From the IMG/VR virus record IMGVR_UViG_3300003690_000004: a DNA stretch of 64,000 nucleotides; one strand, written 5' to 3'. This document shows positions 1 through 10,073 of the stretch, piece after piece. Within the stretch, counting starts at the first letter, position 1; each line of letters begins with the position of its first letter. The notes below the pieces were generated by a model. It did no database searches and was not told where the DNA came from. It was given only the letters and a program-made list of their open reading frames with translations. Made by a program: the position numbers and the translations under genes. Source of the stretch: an uncultured virus (IMG/VR IMGVR_UViG_3300003690_000004). Taxonomy: Duplodnaviria > Heunggongvirae > Uroviricota > Caudoviricetes.

Positions 1-32
1 CACTTATCAATAAATCCGGATTGTGGAAAACC

Positions 33-357
33 GCTTGACTGCGAGCCTGCGCGAGCCTGCGAAAATAAAAAGGGCGATTCCAGCCTAATTAGGGGGGTCG
101 AAATCGGGCGAAATCGTCCGAAAATGACCGAATATCGGTCAAAAAGGCTTGACTGCTCGTCCGCTCCGTCCCGATTGCGAAAAAGGCCTAAATTCTGCAT
201 AATTGCTGGGAGAAACTCGGAAATTAGGCGTTTGCTCCGGATTCCGGTTTCGATGTACTGCGAGCCTGTTGAGAGTTACAATCGGGGCACTGCGAGCCTG
301 TCGGGCGAAAAAAGCGTTATACTGCTAAGCGATTCGGGTTACAATAGGGGCGCAGTG
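33..357. repeat. Cluster of short direct repeats (ACTGCGAGCCTG boxes; GTTACAAT[C/A]GGGGC) in the non-coding left end
   Basis: ACTGCGAGCCTG at 38-49, 257-268 and 289-300; partial copy CGCGAGCCTG at 50-59; GTTACAATCGGGGC near 275 and GTTACAATAGGGGC near 338. Confidence 0.75.
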
Positions 358-383
358 GCACGGTTTCGTAAATCGGTGGGTTT

Positions 384-1769
384 ATGGCCTCGCGTGGGCG
401 ACATTTACTTGTGAGATTGAAAGAAGACCACACAACGGGAGCCGGTGCCCCGCGAAACGCACCGGGGGAGTCGCCTGCGCTTGACTCCCTGCTTGCTAAC
501 AATTGCCCGCCGGGTGCCGTCGTGGCCCCGCTCGGGTCCGTAACGGAGAATCTGCTTGCGGTCCTAATCGGACTGTACGGCATGATTGACGCCGTGATTG
601 GGACCTTCACCGTGAAGTCGTTGAAGGTACTCGTTCGCACCCTGCGCCGCATGGGGTTCTCAGCAACGGTGCTCACGGGACGCAAGGCCGACATCGCCGA
701 CAGCATCCGCCGCGTTTGCATGGGTCATCTCGTTACACTCAGGCTGACGGAGGGAGCGCATCCGCCCCTCATGGACCACCTAGTCAGAATGTGGGGACAC
801 TACGGCGTTCTAGGACCGGTGCCCGGAGCCCGGGTTATCGTGACCGCCGCCGATGGAGCCCGTCGGTTGGTTTGGGATGAGGGAGCCATCCTTCAATCCG
901 GATTGACGCCGACCGCTCTCGATGAAAGAGAATGGGTCAACACAGGGTACGACGCCACGCTTGAAGCCACGAGGGGAGCAAGGCACACCGTCGGCCGGGG
1001 CGTCATGGTCGTTGGAGAGCGGTACACTTGCGACTTGAACCGTGATTTCAGGGACGGAGAGGCGAAGACCCCGGGATGTGCTACGGCGACGGGCATCCCG
1101 TCATGTGCCCCGGGTCAAGGCTCTGATGGTCACTGCCCGGACATCAGGCCGGGAGTCTGCCCAACCTGCGGCGGACCGGCGACCGTGCCGACCCTGCGTC
1201 ATGGAATCTCGACGCTGAATGGAACCTTCGCTCATGCCATTATCATTCGGCCTGACGGGTCTATCCCGACTAAGGTTCATCGGTTCCCCCTCTCGGGAAA
1301 TGTGGACGCGCTGAGACATCCTATCATGGCGAAGGACTGCCGCCGCGATGGACCGTCAACCGTATGGGCTCGGGTTGCCTACGGGCCCCGTGCATGGGAT
1401 TACGAAGATATGGCCGTAGGGGAGTGGATTGGGCCGGCACTGCGCCCGGTCCACATCCAGAAAGTCGGCGGCCGTCATGCGATGAAGGTCAACGGTCGGA
1501 CGCAGTGGGTGAGCGGGTCCTTCGTTCGCATCATCTACCCCTCAGAGTCGTTCGGCGACTTGCTCGTTTGGGCGTTCGTGTGCAACAGCGACCCGCTCGA
1601 CCGAACGAGGCACCCAGCATACAACCCAGCCCGCCTCAATCGGGCCGCGTTGGCTGTTGCTAGGGCCGGCGTCCGCGCCGGCCTGCATGGTGCCCCCGCC
1701 GTGCTTGAGGGACTAGAGGCAGAATGGGACAGTCAGAAGGCCGCCCGCCGCTCCGGGGGTGCTATCTGA
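384..1769 (+). CDS. Hypothetical protein, GC-rich, with a CPTCGG Zn-binding-like motif (true start may be ATG 582)
   Basis: 461-codon ORF; stop overlaps the next ATG (TGATG); no family recognised. Confidence 0.55.
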   Translation: MASRGRHLLVRLKEDHTTGAGAPRNAPGESPALDSLLANNCPPGAVVAPLGSVTENLLAVLIGLYGMIDAVIGTFTVKSLKVLVRTLRRMGFSATVLTGRKADIADSIRRVCMGHLVTLRLTEGAHPPLMDHLVRMWGHYGVLGPVPGARVIVTAADGARRLVWDEGAILQSGLTPTALDEREWVNTGYDATLEATRGARHTVGRGVMVVGERYTCDLNRDFRDGEAKTPGCATATGIPSCAPGQGSDGHCPDIRPGVCPTCGGPATVPTLRHGISTLNGTFAHAIIIRPDGSIPTKVHRFPLSGNVDALRHPIMAKDCRRDGPSTVWARVAYGPRAWDYEDMAVGEWIGPALRPVHIQKVGGRHAMKVNGRTQWVSGSFVRIIYPSESFGDLLVWAFVCNSDPLDRTRHPAYNPARLNRAALAVARAGVRAGLHGAPAVLEGLEAEWDSQKAARRSGGAI

Positions 1770-2281
1770 TGATTGAGTCAATTGCCCTCGTGGTCGCGGT
1801 GGTCGTCTGCATGACCCGCCGCGTCCGCAGGGTTGACCGGTTCGGCCGGGTCCGCTGGGTGCGGTCCCGCCCGGGCCGCCCCACTATCCGCCGAGACTGC
1901 GGTTGCCCGACCCGTCAACACCGCTCTGACTGCATCCACGCCGGGCACAGTGGCCGGGTGGATGTCGGCGCCACTGCCATGCGTCGCGCTGTGAAGAAGG
2001 CGAAGAAGGCCGCCCGCCGTGTGGCCATGCTCCGCCGGCGGAAGGTCGCCGCTCTGAGTGGTGAGTCGTGGCTACTGTCGGCCGTGGCAGAGAAGGCGTA
2101 CCATGTCGGCGGGCGCTCCCTTCCGATGGTGCCCTTCATGTGGCACCGGTTGACCTCTGCCTGTGCCGTCTGCGATGACGCCACGACCCACACCGTCAGC
2201 GTGTCCGACCTTGACGCCGGGGCCGATGAAGTACGGTGCCTCTGCCGACCGTGTGCCCTCGCTGTCGAGCGGCACCACTGA
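1769..2281 (+). CDS. Hypothetical Arg-rich, Cys-rich protein with N-terminal hydrophobic segment
   Basis: ATG 1769 coupled to upstream stop; MIESIALVVAVVVC hydrophobic stretch; CGC, CAVC and CLCRPC motifs. Confidence 0.45.
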   Translation: MIESIALVVAVVVCMTRRVRRVDRFGRVRWVRSRPGRPTIRRDCGCPTRQHRSDCIHAGHSGRVDVGATAMRRAVKKAKKAARRVAMLRRRKVAALSGESWLLSAVAEKAYHVGGRSLPMVPFMWHRLTSACAVCDDATTHTVSVSDLDAGADEVRCLCRPCALAVERHH

Positions 2282-2742
2282 GACACCCGGGCGGCTGAGG
2301 CTAGAGCCTCAGTCGCCCACCGGGCCGACCCTCTCGTGGTCGGTCCACATCTGCGACTCTGAGGGCCGGCAGGCTCTCAGTACCACGGTTTCACCCCCGG
2401 GGGCTGAAAATCAAGATTGGGTCCCCTCAGACTTGACCGTGACCGGCTGAGGAAATGCCGTTTCCGAGCGTTGGGTGGTACCATAGAGGCCGTTGGCATG
2501 AATACAGGCACATGGGGGGCCCTTGATATTGAAGTGCCTCAGAACGCCGGCAAATGGTCAAATTTGGCATTTTAGGATTTGGTACCCTCTGCGCCTCTCC
2601 CCTCTAGCCGCCAAAAGCCATCCGCACCCCTCCACCGTGCTACGGCTACCACCTTACGGAATTTTCCATAAAATTTCTCAAATGAAGTTTATATTCCACA
2701 CATTCAAACACCACTAACTCACCCTGCATTTCGCGGCGTTCA

Positions 2743-3075
2743 TCATTGGGCGGAGGCTTTGTCCTCGGTCGTTACCCCCGACGGCTCCGCACTTCTCCAA
2801 AAATTTATGTTCTCCCCACCAAACTTGACTTCAAGGCCATATTCTTTCTGATAGCGGCGCATCATAGCACCGGCAGAACGGGAATCAACCTGCGTCCAAT
2901 AGTCTGAGAGGCCCTTGCTAATCTCAGCACCAATCTCAAAAGCCGTTCTCCACTCATCGAAGAAATCACTCTCCAATAACTGAACCATCAAGTCGGAGAT
3001 AACATCTCGTCGCCTCTTTGGACCGTGCCTCCGAACGGAGGTGTCCTGTTTATTGAATCTCTTCTTGGGGCTCAA
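2743..3075 (-). CDS. Small basic protein, probable winged-helix DNA-binding protein
   Basis: Overlaps the terL stop; WRTAFEIG...SAGAMMRR...FWR resembles a wHTH. Confidence 0.5.
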   Translation of the reverse strand: MSPKKRFNKQDTSVRRHGPKRRRDVISDLMVQLLESDFFDEWRTAFEIGAEISKGLSDYWTQVDSRSAGAMMRRYQKEYGLEVKFGGENINFWRSAEPSGVTTEDKASAQ

Positions 3076-4574
3076 TCGAACGGCCTCCGAGTAATGGCCT
3101 TTCCAGCCAACCCTTTAGGATTACGAGAAATGGTCCTTGAGCCTCCCGTCCACTCGCCCTTCCTCGCACTTTTCATCACAACGGGATAATCGGGGTGTTT
3201 GAGTGTGAATTGGTCAATGGCGTGAGCCATCGCCATTACACAGTCATTATGCTTGCCTAAGTCCACAATAAGTCCCTCCTTCCAACCGTGAGTTTCCAAT
3301 TCTTCAAGTAGAGTATTGACCATAGAGCGCGTTTCATGGTCGCCGTATGGAATCATCACCAATTCACGCTCAAACCACACACGAAGCCTATTGAGAAGAC
3401 CTTGCTTGAGAGTACGATTACTAACCTTCGATTCTCTGTAATCAATCACTCCCCCTTTCTGTTGAAGGAGGGTTTCGTACATCTGTTGGAACCCCACAGA
3501 CTCAATAGCGAAGGCAGGAGTACCGTAGCGCGTATTCCACTCCAAAATCATATCGGCCTGCTTATCCGGTGGGAAATCATTACGCCTCCACATATTGACG
3601 AAGTGGATGAAGCCATCAGAGTCTTGACGAAGCACAATCATAACGGAAAAATCCTGTCCCACGCCATGAGAGGGGTCAAATCCAATGGAATATTTCGATT
3701 CGTGAATTTTGTCCTTCTCCAATATGGAATCCATATCCAAATTCTTACGAGTTAGGTTACGGGGATAAACCGCGGCATCATCATCAATGACCCTGCATAG
3801 GTACTCCTGCACGAAAGACAATTCTCCCATAGCCTCTTTCTGTTCAAGGAGGAAAGCGAGAGGGCGAAATTCCGGCCATAATTCCTGCGGTAAAATTGTT
3901 GGGTCGCTTTTATATTCATCCCAATTCACAATTGCAGACCAAGTACCGGATTTCCAAGTCGAATTTTCTAACATCTCCGTGTGATAAAGGTCAAGCATAC
4001 TCAAAGGCGTCCCAATCACATAAATGGAGGTACCCGGACTCAACATAGGAGTTATTTTCTTGCGAAACCATTCAGAGATAGTTTTCATGTTCATATCCCC
4101 CAAATCATCGAGAACATCGTCAAAAGCGATGCAGGCTGGATGCTCGCCACGAATTGCGGCCCCAACCGAGGTCGCCCGAATCCATGCGCCGTTCGTAAAT
4201 CGTAACTCCAATTTATTGCCGCGCTTTGGGTCGAGATATCGGGATAATTGAGGATGACTCTTCATGTCGTCCCTAATTTCCTCAAGACGACGCGATGCCA
4301 AGTCCTTGCTTGCTGAGAACAACCAACAAGTGAAGGGCTTATCACGCCACTTATCGAAAAGTGCATGGTGTAGTAACTTGACTCGTAGTGTGGTGGATTT
4401 GCTGTGGTCGCGTGGTGCAATCACACATACGCGGTGAACCTGCACATCTCCCCTCTTGCCGTAAAGTTCCATCCATTGACCGATATGGTCCCCCCATGTG
4501 TAACCAAGCCATCGGTAAAAATAAGAAACATCCGTGCGAGAACGCTCCATAGAAATGTTGATGTCGAGGGACAT
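3072..4574 (-). CDS. terL: Terminase large subunit
   Basis: Walker A-like APRDHSKST, Walker B IAFDD, coupling motif VIGTP, FVQEY, RNase H-like nuclease motifs GFDPS...DFS and HNDCVMA; 500 aa. Confidence 0.93.
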   Translation of the reverse strand: MSLDINISMERSRTDVSYFYRWLGYTWGDHIGQWMELYGKRGDVQVHRVCVIAPRDHSKSTTLRVKLLHHALFDKWRDKPFTCWLFSASKDLASRRLEEIRDDMKSHPQLSRYLDPKRGNKLELRFTNGAWIRATSVGAAIRGEHPACIAFDDVLDDLGDMNMKTISEWFRKKITPMLSPGTSIYVIGTPLSMLDLYHTEMLENSTWKSGTWSAIVNWDEYKSDPTILPQELWPEFRPLAFLLEQKEAMGELSFVQEYLCRVIDDDAAVYPRNLTRKNLDMDSILEKDKIHESKYSIGFDPSHGVGQDFSVMIVLRQDSDGFIHFVNMWRRNDFPPDKQADMILEWNTRYGTPAFAIESVGFQQMYETLLQQKGGVIDYRESKVSNRTLKQGLLNRLRVWFERELVMIPYGDHETRSMVNTLLEELETHGWKEGLIVDLGKHNDCVMAMAHAIDQFTLKHPDYPVVMKSARKGEWTGGSRTISRNPKGLAGKAITRRPFD

Positions 4575-4575
4575 T

Positions 4576-6030
4576 TCAGCACCCCCTTATCACAGAAGCA
4601 TACAAACTCCCTATTATACCCTCTTCTGCGTCTAAAAGGAATGCGAAAATACCGGGTCGGTTCAAGTAGCCGTGTTTGTGATGGTATCGGTCTGTTCCCG
4701 ACAGGGAAGGTAACTGAATAACGAAACAACCTCCTTTTTCTATCATGTGTGTGTGGTGTTTATGGCCTGTGAACCATACACGATTTTTACAGAGGCTCCA
4801 ATCATCACTCTTCTCATTAGCCATAACCACGGGCAAATCAACCCCTTTCACGAAATCACCGTGCGTAAATCCGAGAAGATTATTTTCCCAAGTGAGGTAC
4901 TGCCTATTGCGTGGGGAAACAACAACCTCCACATCATCACAGTTTTCATAGACCGCGTGAAGATAGAGTGCCAATGCGAGTGCGGTGTGCCTATCGTGAT
5001 TACCATTCATAAACACCACCTGTATTGGGGCAACACCCCTTAACATTTCAATATGCTCCCTCGCCAATTCACAACCACCCATCAATATTTCTGCTGGTGA
5101 ACCCGCCAAGTCCTGTGGAGTACCTCTCGTCGTAGTACCCTGCTCGTTATCAACATGGAACCAATCTGACCCCGTGGCAACCACTATTAATTCGGGTCGG
5201 TAGGGCAAACGGGAAATCAGGGTCGCGGTTTTCTCGATTAGGCGTTTTCGTGCCTCATCGAAGTCGTAACTCTCTCCTGTTTCGGTGCCCCATCCATACT
5301 TGCCATAATGAAGGTCCGTGGGAGAAATCACTACTGCATAGGGTTTGCCATCCTCCATCTCCACATGACGGACTTCGTGAGTTAGGTCACGCTCTGCTAT
5401 TATCTCCTTGAAATCATTGAGGAAGGTCGCATCTATTTCACGGTACTTCTTGGCCTCCCTTTGTGTAGCCAACCAATCTCGCTTTTGGGCTTCGACGGCG
5501 ATTTTGCGGCGCCTTTCAAATAGGAACAATTCTGTAAGGTCTTCAATATCGGTAGTCAGGACTTCTTCATCGGTGAAGGGGTCCATAGCGTGACGCCAGC
5601 GGTGCGCTCGCACATATTCAACAATCCAAGATGAAGGCATATCAAATTTGATTGCCATTTCGTCAGAAGTCATCCCTCCCGATACACCCGAATATGCGCG
5701 ACGCATTTCACGGTGTTTTTCACCATTTACTTGAAGAAGGTCGTTCATAGACTCAATCCAAGTCAGATAAATGTCGGCTCCCCTATCGTAGTAAATCCGT
5801 GCGTGACTCACTCCCAAATCTTCGCTTGGCTCAATATAGTCACCCACCCCCTTTCGATAGGTGTTGTTTTTATCGAGTTTCGCCCAGCGCATAATTGCCA
5901 ATCGCCAAGCCTGTACAGAGCGAGAGGGTTCTATCGAATGTAGATATCGTGCAAAGTCCATGCACGAAATGAAGCCCTTCGGTGCGTACTTCTCGATAAG
6001 GTCGGACCCGCCAACGAATCGCTCCCCCAT
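4576..6030 (-). CDS. Calcineurin-like metallophosphoesterase with N-terminal helical/HTH extension (probable start ATG 6030; ORF open to 6228)
   Basis: Complete motif set DLHYG, GSDWFH, GNHD, THGD, GHKHH. Confidence 0.85.
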   Translation of the reverse strand: MGERFVGGSDLIEKYAPKGFISCMDFARYLHSIEPSRSVQAWRLAIMRWAKLDKNNTYRKGVGDYIEPSEDLGVSHARIYYDRGADIYLTWIESMNDLLQVNGEKHREMRRAYSGVSGGMTSDEMAIKFDMPSSWIVEYVRAHRWRHAMDPFTDEEVLTTDIEDLTELFLFERRRKIAVEAQKRDWLATQREAKKYREIDATFLNDFKEIIAERDLTHEVRHVEMEDGKPYAVVISPTDLHYGKYGWGTETGESYDFDEARKRLIEKTATLISRLPYRPELIVVATGSDWFHVDNEQGTTTRGTPQDLAGSPAEILMGGCELAREHIEMLRGVAPIQVVFMNGNHDRHTALALALYLHAVYENCDDVEVVVSPRNRQYLTWENNLLGFTHGDFVKGVDLPVVMANEKSDDWSLCKNRVWFTGHKHHTHMIEKGGCFVIQLPSLSGTDRYHHKHGYLNRPGIFAFLLDAEEGIIGSLYASVIRGC

Positions 6031-6106
6031 TATACCGAGTGCAGGGTCGCTGGTACTTAACCTTTCGTTCATTTCGTACTTTCTGATGACCATAGACAGA
6101 ATTATT

Positions 6107-6197
6107 GGCTCGCAGTATCGCGTTTTCGTTAATTTCTGAATTCCTTCAATAGTATGGTTGGTTAGTCTCTCTAAATCCCTATACCTTTGAAGGAATT
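6107..6197. promoter_or_regulatory. Divergent control region with ACTGCGAGCC box and AATTCCTTCAA...TTGAAGGAATT inverted repeat
   Basis: GGCTCGCAGT at 6107-6116; repeat arms at 6139-6149 and 6187-6197; AT-rich segment between divergent operons. Confidence 0.6.
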
Positions 6198-6318
6198 GAA
6201 CATATTCAGAATCGCCTTTCAGTATCACGATTTAATTATTTTCTCAAACCCCGAAAATATGAAATAAATTCCCGAAAAGGGGCGAATGTTTATGAATCAA
6301 AGGAAATTTAGGAGTATC

Positions 6319-7734
6319 ATGGCTGAGAGGCGTCGTTTCAACATATTTCCGTGGAGAAGCGCGAAAAAGGCGAGGGAACCCCAAATAATCGAGCGAGAGG
6401 CCACCAATAGGCCGTTTCGCGCTGTGGCCGGAATACCCGATATTGTGAGGGACACAGAGAGGCTGAGAAGCGACAGCAAATTCGACAACGAATTCGACTT
6501 GTACGACAGTATGTTGAAATTGGACCCCGAATTGAACGGTGCAGTACGAGCGGTGTCCCTTACTGCCAATAACTACACCATAAATTATTCACGCGGGAAA
6601 AACGCCCGCATACGGGATGAAATACGGGAATTGGTTGAAGCGAACCTCGACTTTGACGATTTCCTAATCAACGCCATGCGTGGCTTGATGGTGTACGGTA
6701 ACGACATTAACAAAATCGTCGGAAAGGAAGGAGAGGGAGTAACCTCCCTAATTTCGCTCCCCGTAAAGCAGGTTACGATAATTGATAAGCGGGGAGCCGC
6801 CGATATTGGATTTGCGGCCGGGGAAAATAACCCAATCGTGAATCCTACCAATTATCTTCTCCGAGAAGGCACAACCGAGGTCCAAGAATTTCCAGCAGAC
6901 GAAATGTTGCACATCAAGATTGATTACCGCTCTAATTGGTTCGTGGATAACAAGGGTCGCACTTCCTATGGGATTTGGGGAGCATCACGCTTCACCTCGT
7001 TGAAACAAGCAATTAGGATGAAGTACAACACGATGAATAACCGATTGTCGCTTGAAGACGCCATGACGAAGCAATACATCACAATTGACCAATCGGCCAT
7101 CGAACATATCCAAGACCCGGCCGAACAGCACGAAAGGCTCGTCTATATCATAGATGAGGTCATTACACTGTTTGAAGGATTGAGAGGCGACCAAATCCCG
7201 GTTTTACCGCATTATGTGTCCCTCCATCATGTTGACTTGGAAAATGCGATGCCCGATAGCATGGGATTCCTCGATGCGGTCAATGCCGACATAGCCGCCG
7301 TCCTTCAAGTACCGAGGGTTGCCTCCGGGCAGGAACGGGGCTCGACTTTCGCCGCCACCTTCAATGCGAACCTATGGGCCGTTCAAGCCATCAGTAGAAT
7401 GCACCGAATATTGCATGATGCCTGCACCGGTCTATTTTCGCTACATTTGGACCTGTTGGGAATTCCACACCGCAAACAAGACCTTCCCACGCTGGTTTTC
7501 GATACGATGGACACCGAAAGCCCACTCAATCTCATGCAACGGGTATCACTAGGATATACGAGCGGAATTATGACTCTTAATCAAGCGTTGGAAGAATTGA
7601 ACCTTCCACCGGCCAAAGACGGCGGAGAGGACCGAGTTAGCGATAATGAAGAAGTCCCGCAAGAAGGAGAAGGGTACCCCGATAACGAATTACCCCGTGA
7701 GAATAGTCAACCGGGAAAGGGCGCGGGAAATTGA
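6319..7734 (+). CDS. Portal protein
   Basis: About 470 aa; first gene of head module; LMVYGN, EMLHIK, WGAS and GIMTLNQALEELNLPP are portal-like; AGGAG ribosome-binding site before ATG 6319. Confidence 0.85.
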   Translation: MAERRRFNIFPWRSAKKAREPQIIEREATNRPFRAVAGIPDIVRDTERLRSDSKFDNEFDLYDSMLKLDPELNGAVRAVSLTANNYTINYSRGKNARIRDEIRELVEANLDFDDFLINAMRGLMVYGNDINKIVGKEGEGVTSLISLPVKQVTIIDKRGAADIGFAAGENNPIVNPTNYLLREGTTEVQEFPADEMLHIKIDYRSNWFVDNKGRTSYGIWGASRFTSLKQAIRMKYNTMNNRLSLEDAMTKQYITIDQSAIEHIQDPAEQHERLVYIIDEVITLFEGLRGDQIPVLPHYVSLHHVDLENAMPDSMGFLDAVNADIAAVLQVPRVASGQERGSTFAATFNANLWAVQAISRMHRILHDACTGLFSLHLDLLGIPHRKQDLPTLVFDTMDTESPLNLMQRVSLGYTSGIMTLNQALEELNLPPAKDGGEDRVSDNEEVPQEGEGYPDNELPRENSQPGKGAGN

Positions 7735-7897
7735 TATGAAGCCCTGTTGCGATTTCAGAAAGGGCCCCCCGCATTTGTGGTGTATTCAATGCCGGTGTAT
7801 GTTCGGGAATAACGCTTGGGCGTCACATTGGGGCCCCGTATAAGAAAAACAGCCGTGGAAAACATTGACCAATCACTAACTCTTTCTGTAATTTGGA

Positions 7898-8161
7898 ATG
7901 GGATATTCGTTAGAAAACGGGTTTGAGTGGTTGTTAAATGGTAATGATTTACTGATATGCTACACAGAGAGTCAAAACGGCGGAGAATTCAAGGAACCCA
8001 TCTGTTTTGACTTAACAGGGACCGATTATATCGCTATTTTAAGCACCCCCGAAGTCCTCATTCCACTTCTAGTTATTGGAGTAATGGTTTATGCGACACT
8101 CAAGTTTTGGGTAGATTACAGGAGCGTAGCCGATGCCGAGTCCAAGAGAAGGAGAAAGTAA
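7898..8161 (+). CDS. Small membrane protein
   Basis: Single hydrophobic helix VLIPLLVIGVMVYATLKFWV followed by a basic C-terminus. Confidence 0.5.
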   Translation: MGYSLENGFEWLLNGNDLLICYTESQNGGEFKEPICFDLTGTDYIAILSTPEVLIPLLVIGVMVYATLKFWVDYRSVADAESKRRRK

Positions 8162-9605
8162 GAGTGCCTTCGTTTCTCGATGTATGGGCGACGGAGAGAT
8201 GAATAGTGAGTTTCCCGATGAGAAGCAACGCTATGCAGTATGCAATAAATATTTCACAAACCCCCCGAAAGCAGAGATTGATAAGTCGCTTGAATCCTCG
8301 GGTATAGCGATGTCGTGCGAATGCGGGGGCTCATGTTGTAGTGGGGAAGGAGATTTTGGGTCAACCGGCAGACTCGCTGGCGAGCCTCCCAAAAAGGAAG
8401 GAGAAGCAGACACCGATGCTGGCTACCCCCCAAACTGTAATGATGGGTTCAAAACTAACGATGCTGGAACAACCTGCGTACCCGTGGCTGTTACAATAGA
8501 GATGGATATTTCGGACTTCAAAATTATAGCAGGAGAGAAAAATTACCATATCGAAATTACAGGGGTCGCATTCCATGAGGGGATGAACAAGAATAATTGG
8601 TCACTCACGCGCGATGGTGCGATTGCAGTTATGGAGCAAATGGTGGGAGCCGACATAACTCTGAATCATCCCGACGCCCATGAACACGGGGTCGGTTTCG
8701 ACCGAAATATGGATGGAGGCGTTGAGCAAGCCCCCGTTGGTTACATCACGAAAGCCAACCTCTACGATATCCTCGGTGGAGGCTGGGAGGTACGCTATGT
8801 GGCGAAAATCGTTCGCGCAGAATTGTTTGAGGCGCTTGAATCGGGTCTATGGTCCCGGCAGGATTACGGAGTTTCCATTGGAGGGTCCGGTATTCCCATT
8901 GAAGCAACCGACGAGGGGATAACCTTTGGAGAGGATTTCTCCTTTGACCACATGGCTATTGTGCATAAACCGGCCTACTCACGCGCGAATATAGAAACAG
9001 TCCGCAAAGTGTTAATTGCAGGAGGTGAGATGAAAGCCACAAAAACCGACGCTACATTTATAGGTCATTCGATTCCTGCTGTGGCTAACGAACCGGAAGG
9101 GACTGCTATGAGTGACGACAATATTACTGAGCCTGATAGCCTTCCTGACTCTCACAGAGAGGAAATGGAGAGCATTAAGGCAGATTTGATTCTATCCCAA
9201 GCACGGGTACAGGAATTTGAGGATGCTGATAACGCCCGCATCGAGTCTGAGAGACAGGAACTTGTTGATGAGGCTTCCGAACTTGGAATGTCCGGTCACG
9301 ATGACCTTTCCTCAGATACCCTAACTACTCTAATTGCATCATGGAGAGAGGCACACCCCGAGCCGGAGCCTGTCGAATTGAAGCCCGTTGAAGAATCATC
9401 CACCGTTGTTGAGGCTTCTGAGTCCACTTCCGAGAGTCGCCCCGTCGTCGCCAACTTCCTAAATGGAGTGCTTGTCGAGTCTGACGAGGAAATCTATGAG
9501 CGATGTTGGAATTCATGGGCTAAGGCATGGAATGGTACTCTCGCACACGAAGAGAAGTCCACGATGCGAGCCCCACTGTATCAAGATGCAAAGGAGATGA
9601 TTTGA
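8133..9605 (+). CDS. Prohead protease-scaffold fusion
   Basis: Between portal and capsid genes; GMNKNNW, LNHP, GVSIGG and AIVHKPAY are protease-like motifs; acidic coiled-coil C-terminal third. Confidence 0.8.
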   Translation: MPSPREGESKSAFVSRCMGDGEMNSEFPDEKQRYAVCNKYFTNPPKAEIDKSLESSGIAMSCECGGSCCSGEGDFGSTGRLAGEPPKKEGEADTDAGYPPNCNDGFKTNDAGTTCVPVAVTIEMDISDFKIIAGEKNYHIEITGVAFHEGMNKNNWSLTRDGAIAVMEQMVGADITLNHPDAHEHGVGFDRNMDGGVEQAPVGYITKANLYDILGGGWEVRYVAKIVRAELFEALESGLWSRQDYGVSIGGSGIPIEATDEGITFGEDFSFDHMAIVHKPAYSRANIETVRKVLIAGGEMKATKTDATFIGHSIPAVANEPEGTAMSDDNITEPDSLPDSHREEMESIKADLILSQARVQEFEDADNARIESERQELVDEASELGMSGHDDLSSDTLTTLIASWREAHPEPEPVELKPVEESSTVVEASESTSESRPVVANFLNGVLVESDEEIYERCWNSWAKAWNGTLAHEEKSTMRAPLYQDAKEMI

Positions 9606-9606
9606 G

Positions 9607-10062
9607 ATGGCATACGGAGAAGGAGCAGACCCCCGCAACGCAACCCTCAAGACGGGAACAATCGTTTATGGTCCCGGCAAGATTATGACTATGGATTCCA
9701 CTAATAATACGCTGGACCTAACAGCCACCACTGAGATTGGGCTTGGTATCAGCGCCGGAGATTCAAGCCGTACAGCATTGAAGGTCCTACAAACCGCCGC
9801 AGGTGCCACAGTTTCCTATTATCCGCTCGGCGGAATGCTGATGGTTCAGTCCGAGGCCGCAGTAACCTACACCACAGGACTTACAGTCTATGTCGGTGGT
9901 TCGGGACTTGCTACCGCTACGGCGGGCTCCAACAAGAAACTCGGCCTCTATGTGGGCGAGGGAGAAACCACGGACACACTTGCCGATAACGGGGCTGGTG
10001 ATTCTACTGCTACTGAGGGAACAATGATTCCCGTTGCTACGGCGGGAGCCGAGATTGCTTGA
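9607..10062 (+). CDS. Head decoration/cement-like protein
   Basis: 151 aa, Gly/Ala/Thr-rich, immediately upstream of the major capsid gene. Confidence 0.6.
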   Translation: MAYGEGADPRNATLKTGTIVYGPGKIMTMDSTNNTLDLTATTEIGLGISAGDSSRTALKVLQTAAGATVSYYPLGGMLMVQSEAAVTYTTGLTVYVGGSGLATATAGSNKKLGLYVGEGETTDTLADNGAGDSTATEGTMIPVATAGAEIA

Positions 10063-10073
10063 GGTGATGATGA

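Noticed and set aside
6031..6228. N-terminal 66 codons of the phosphoesterase ORF
   Set aside because: Overlaps an AT-rich region with the shared inverted repeat and ACTGCGAGCC box, so probably intergenic
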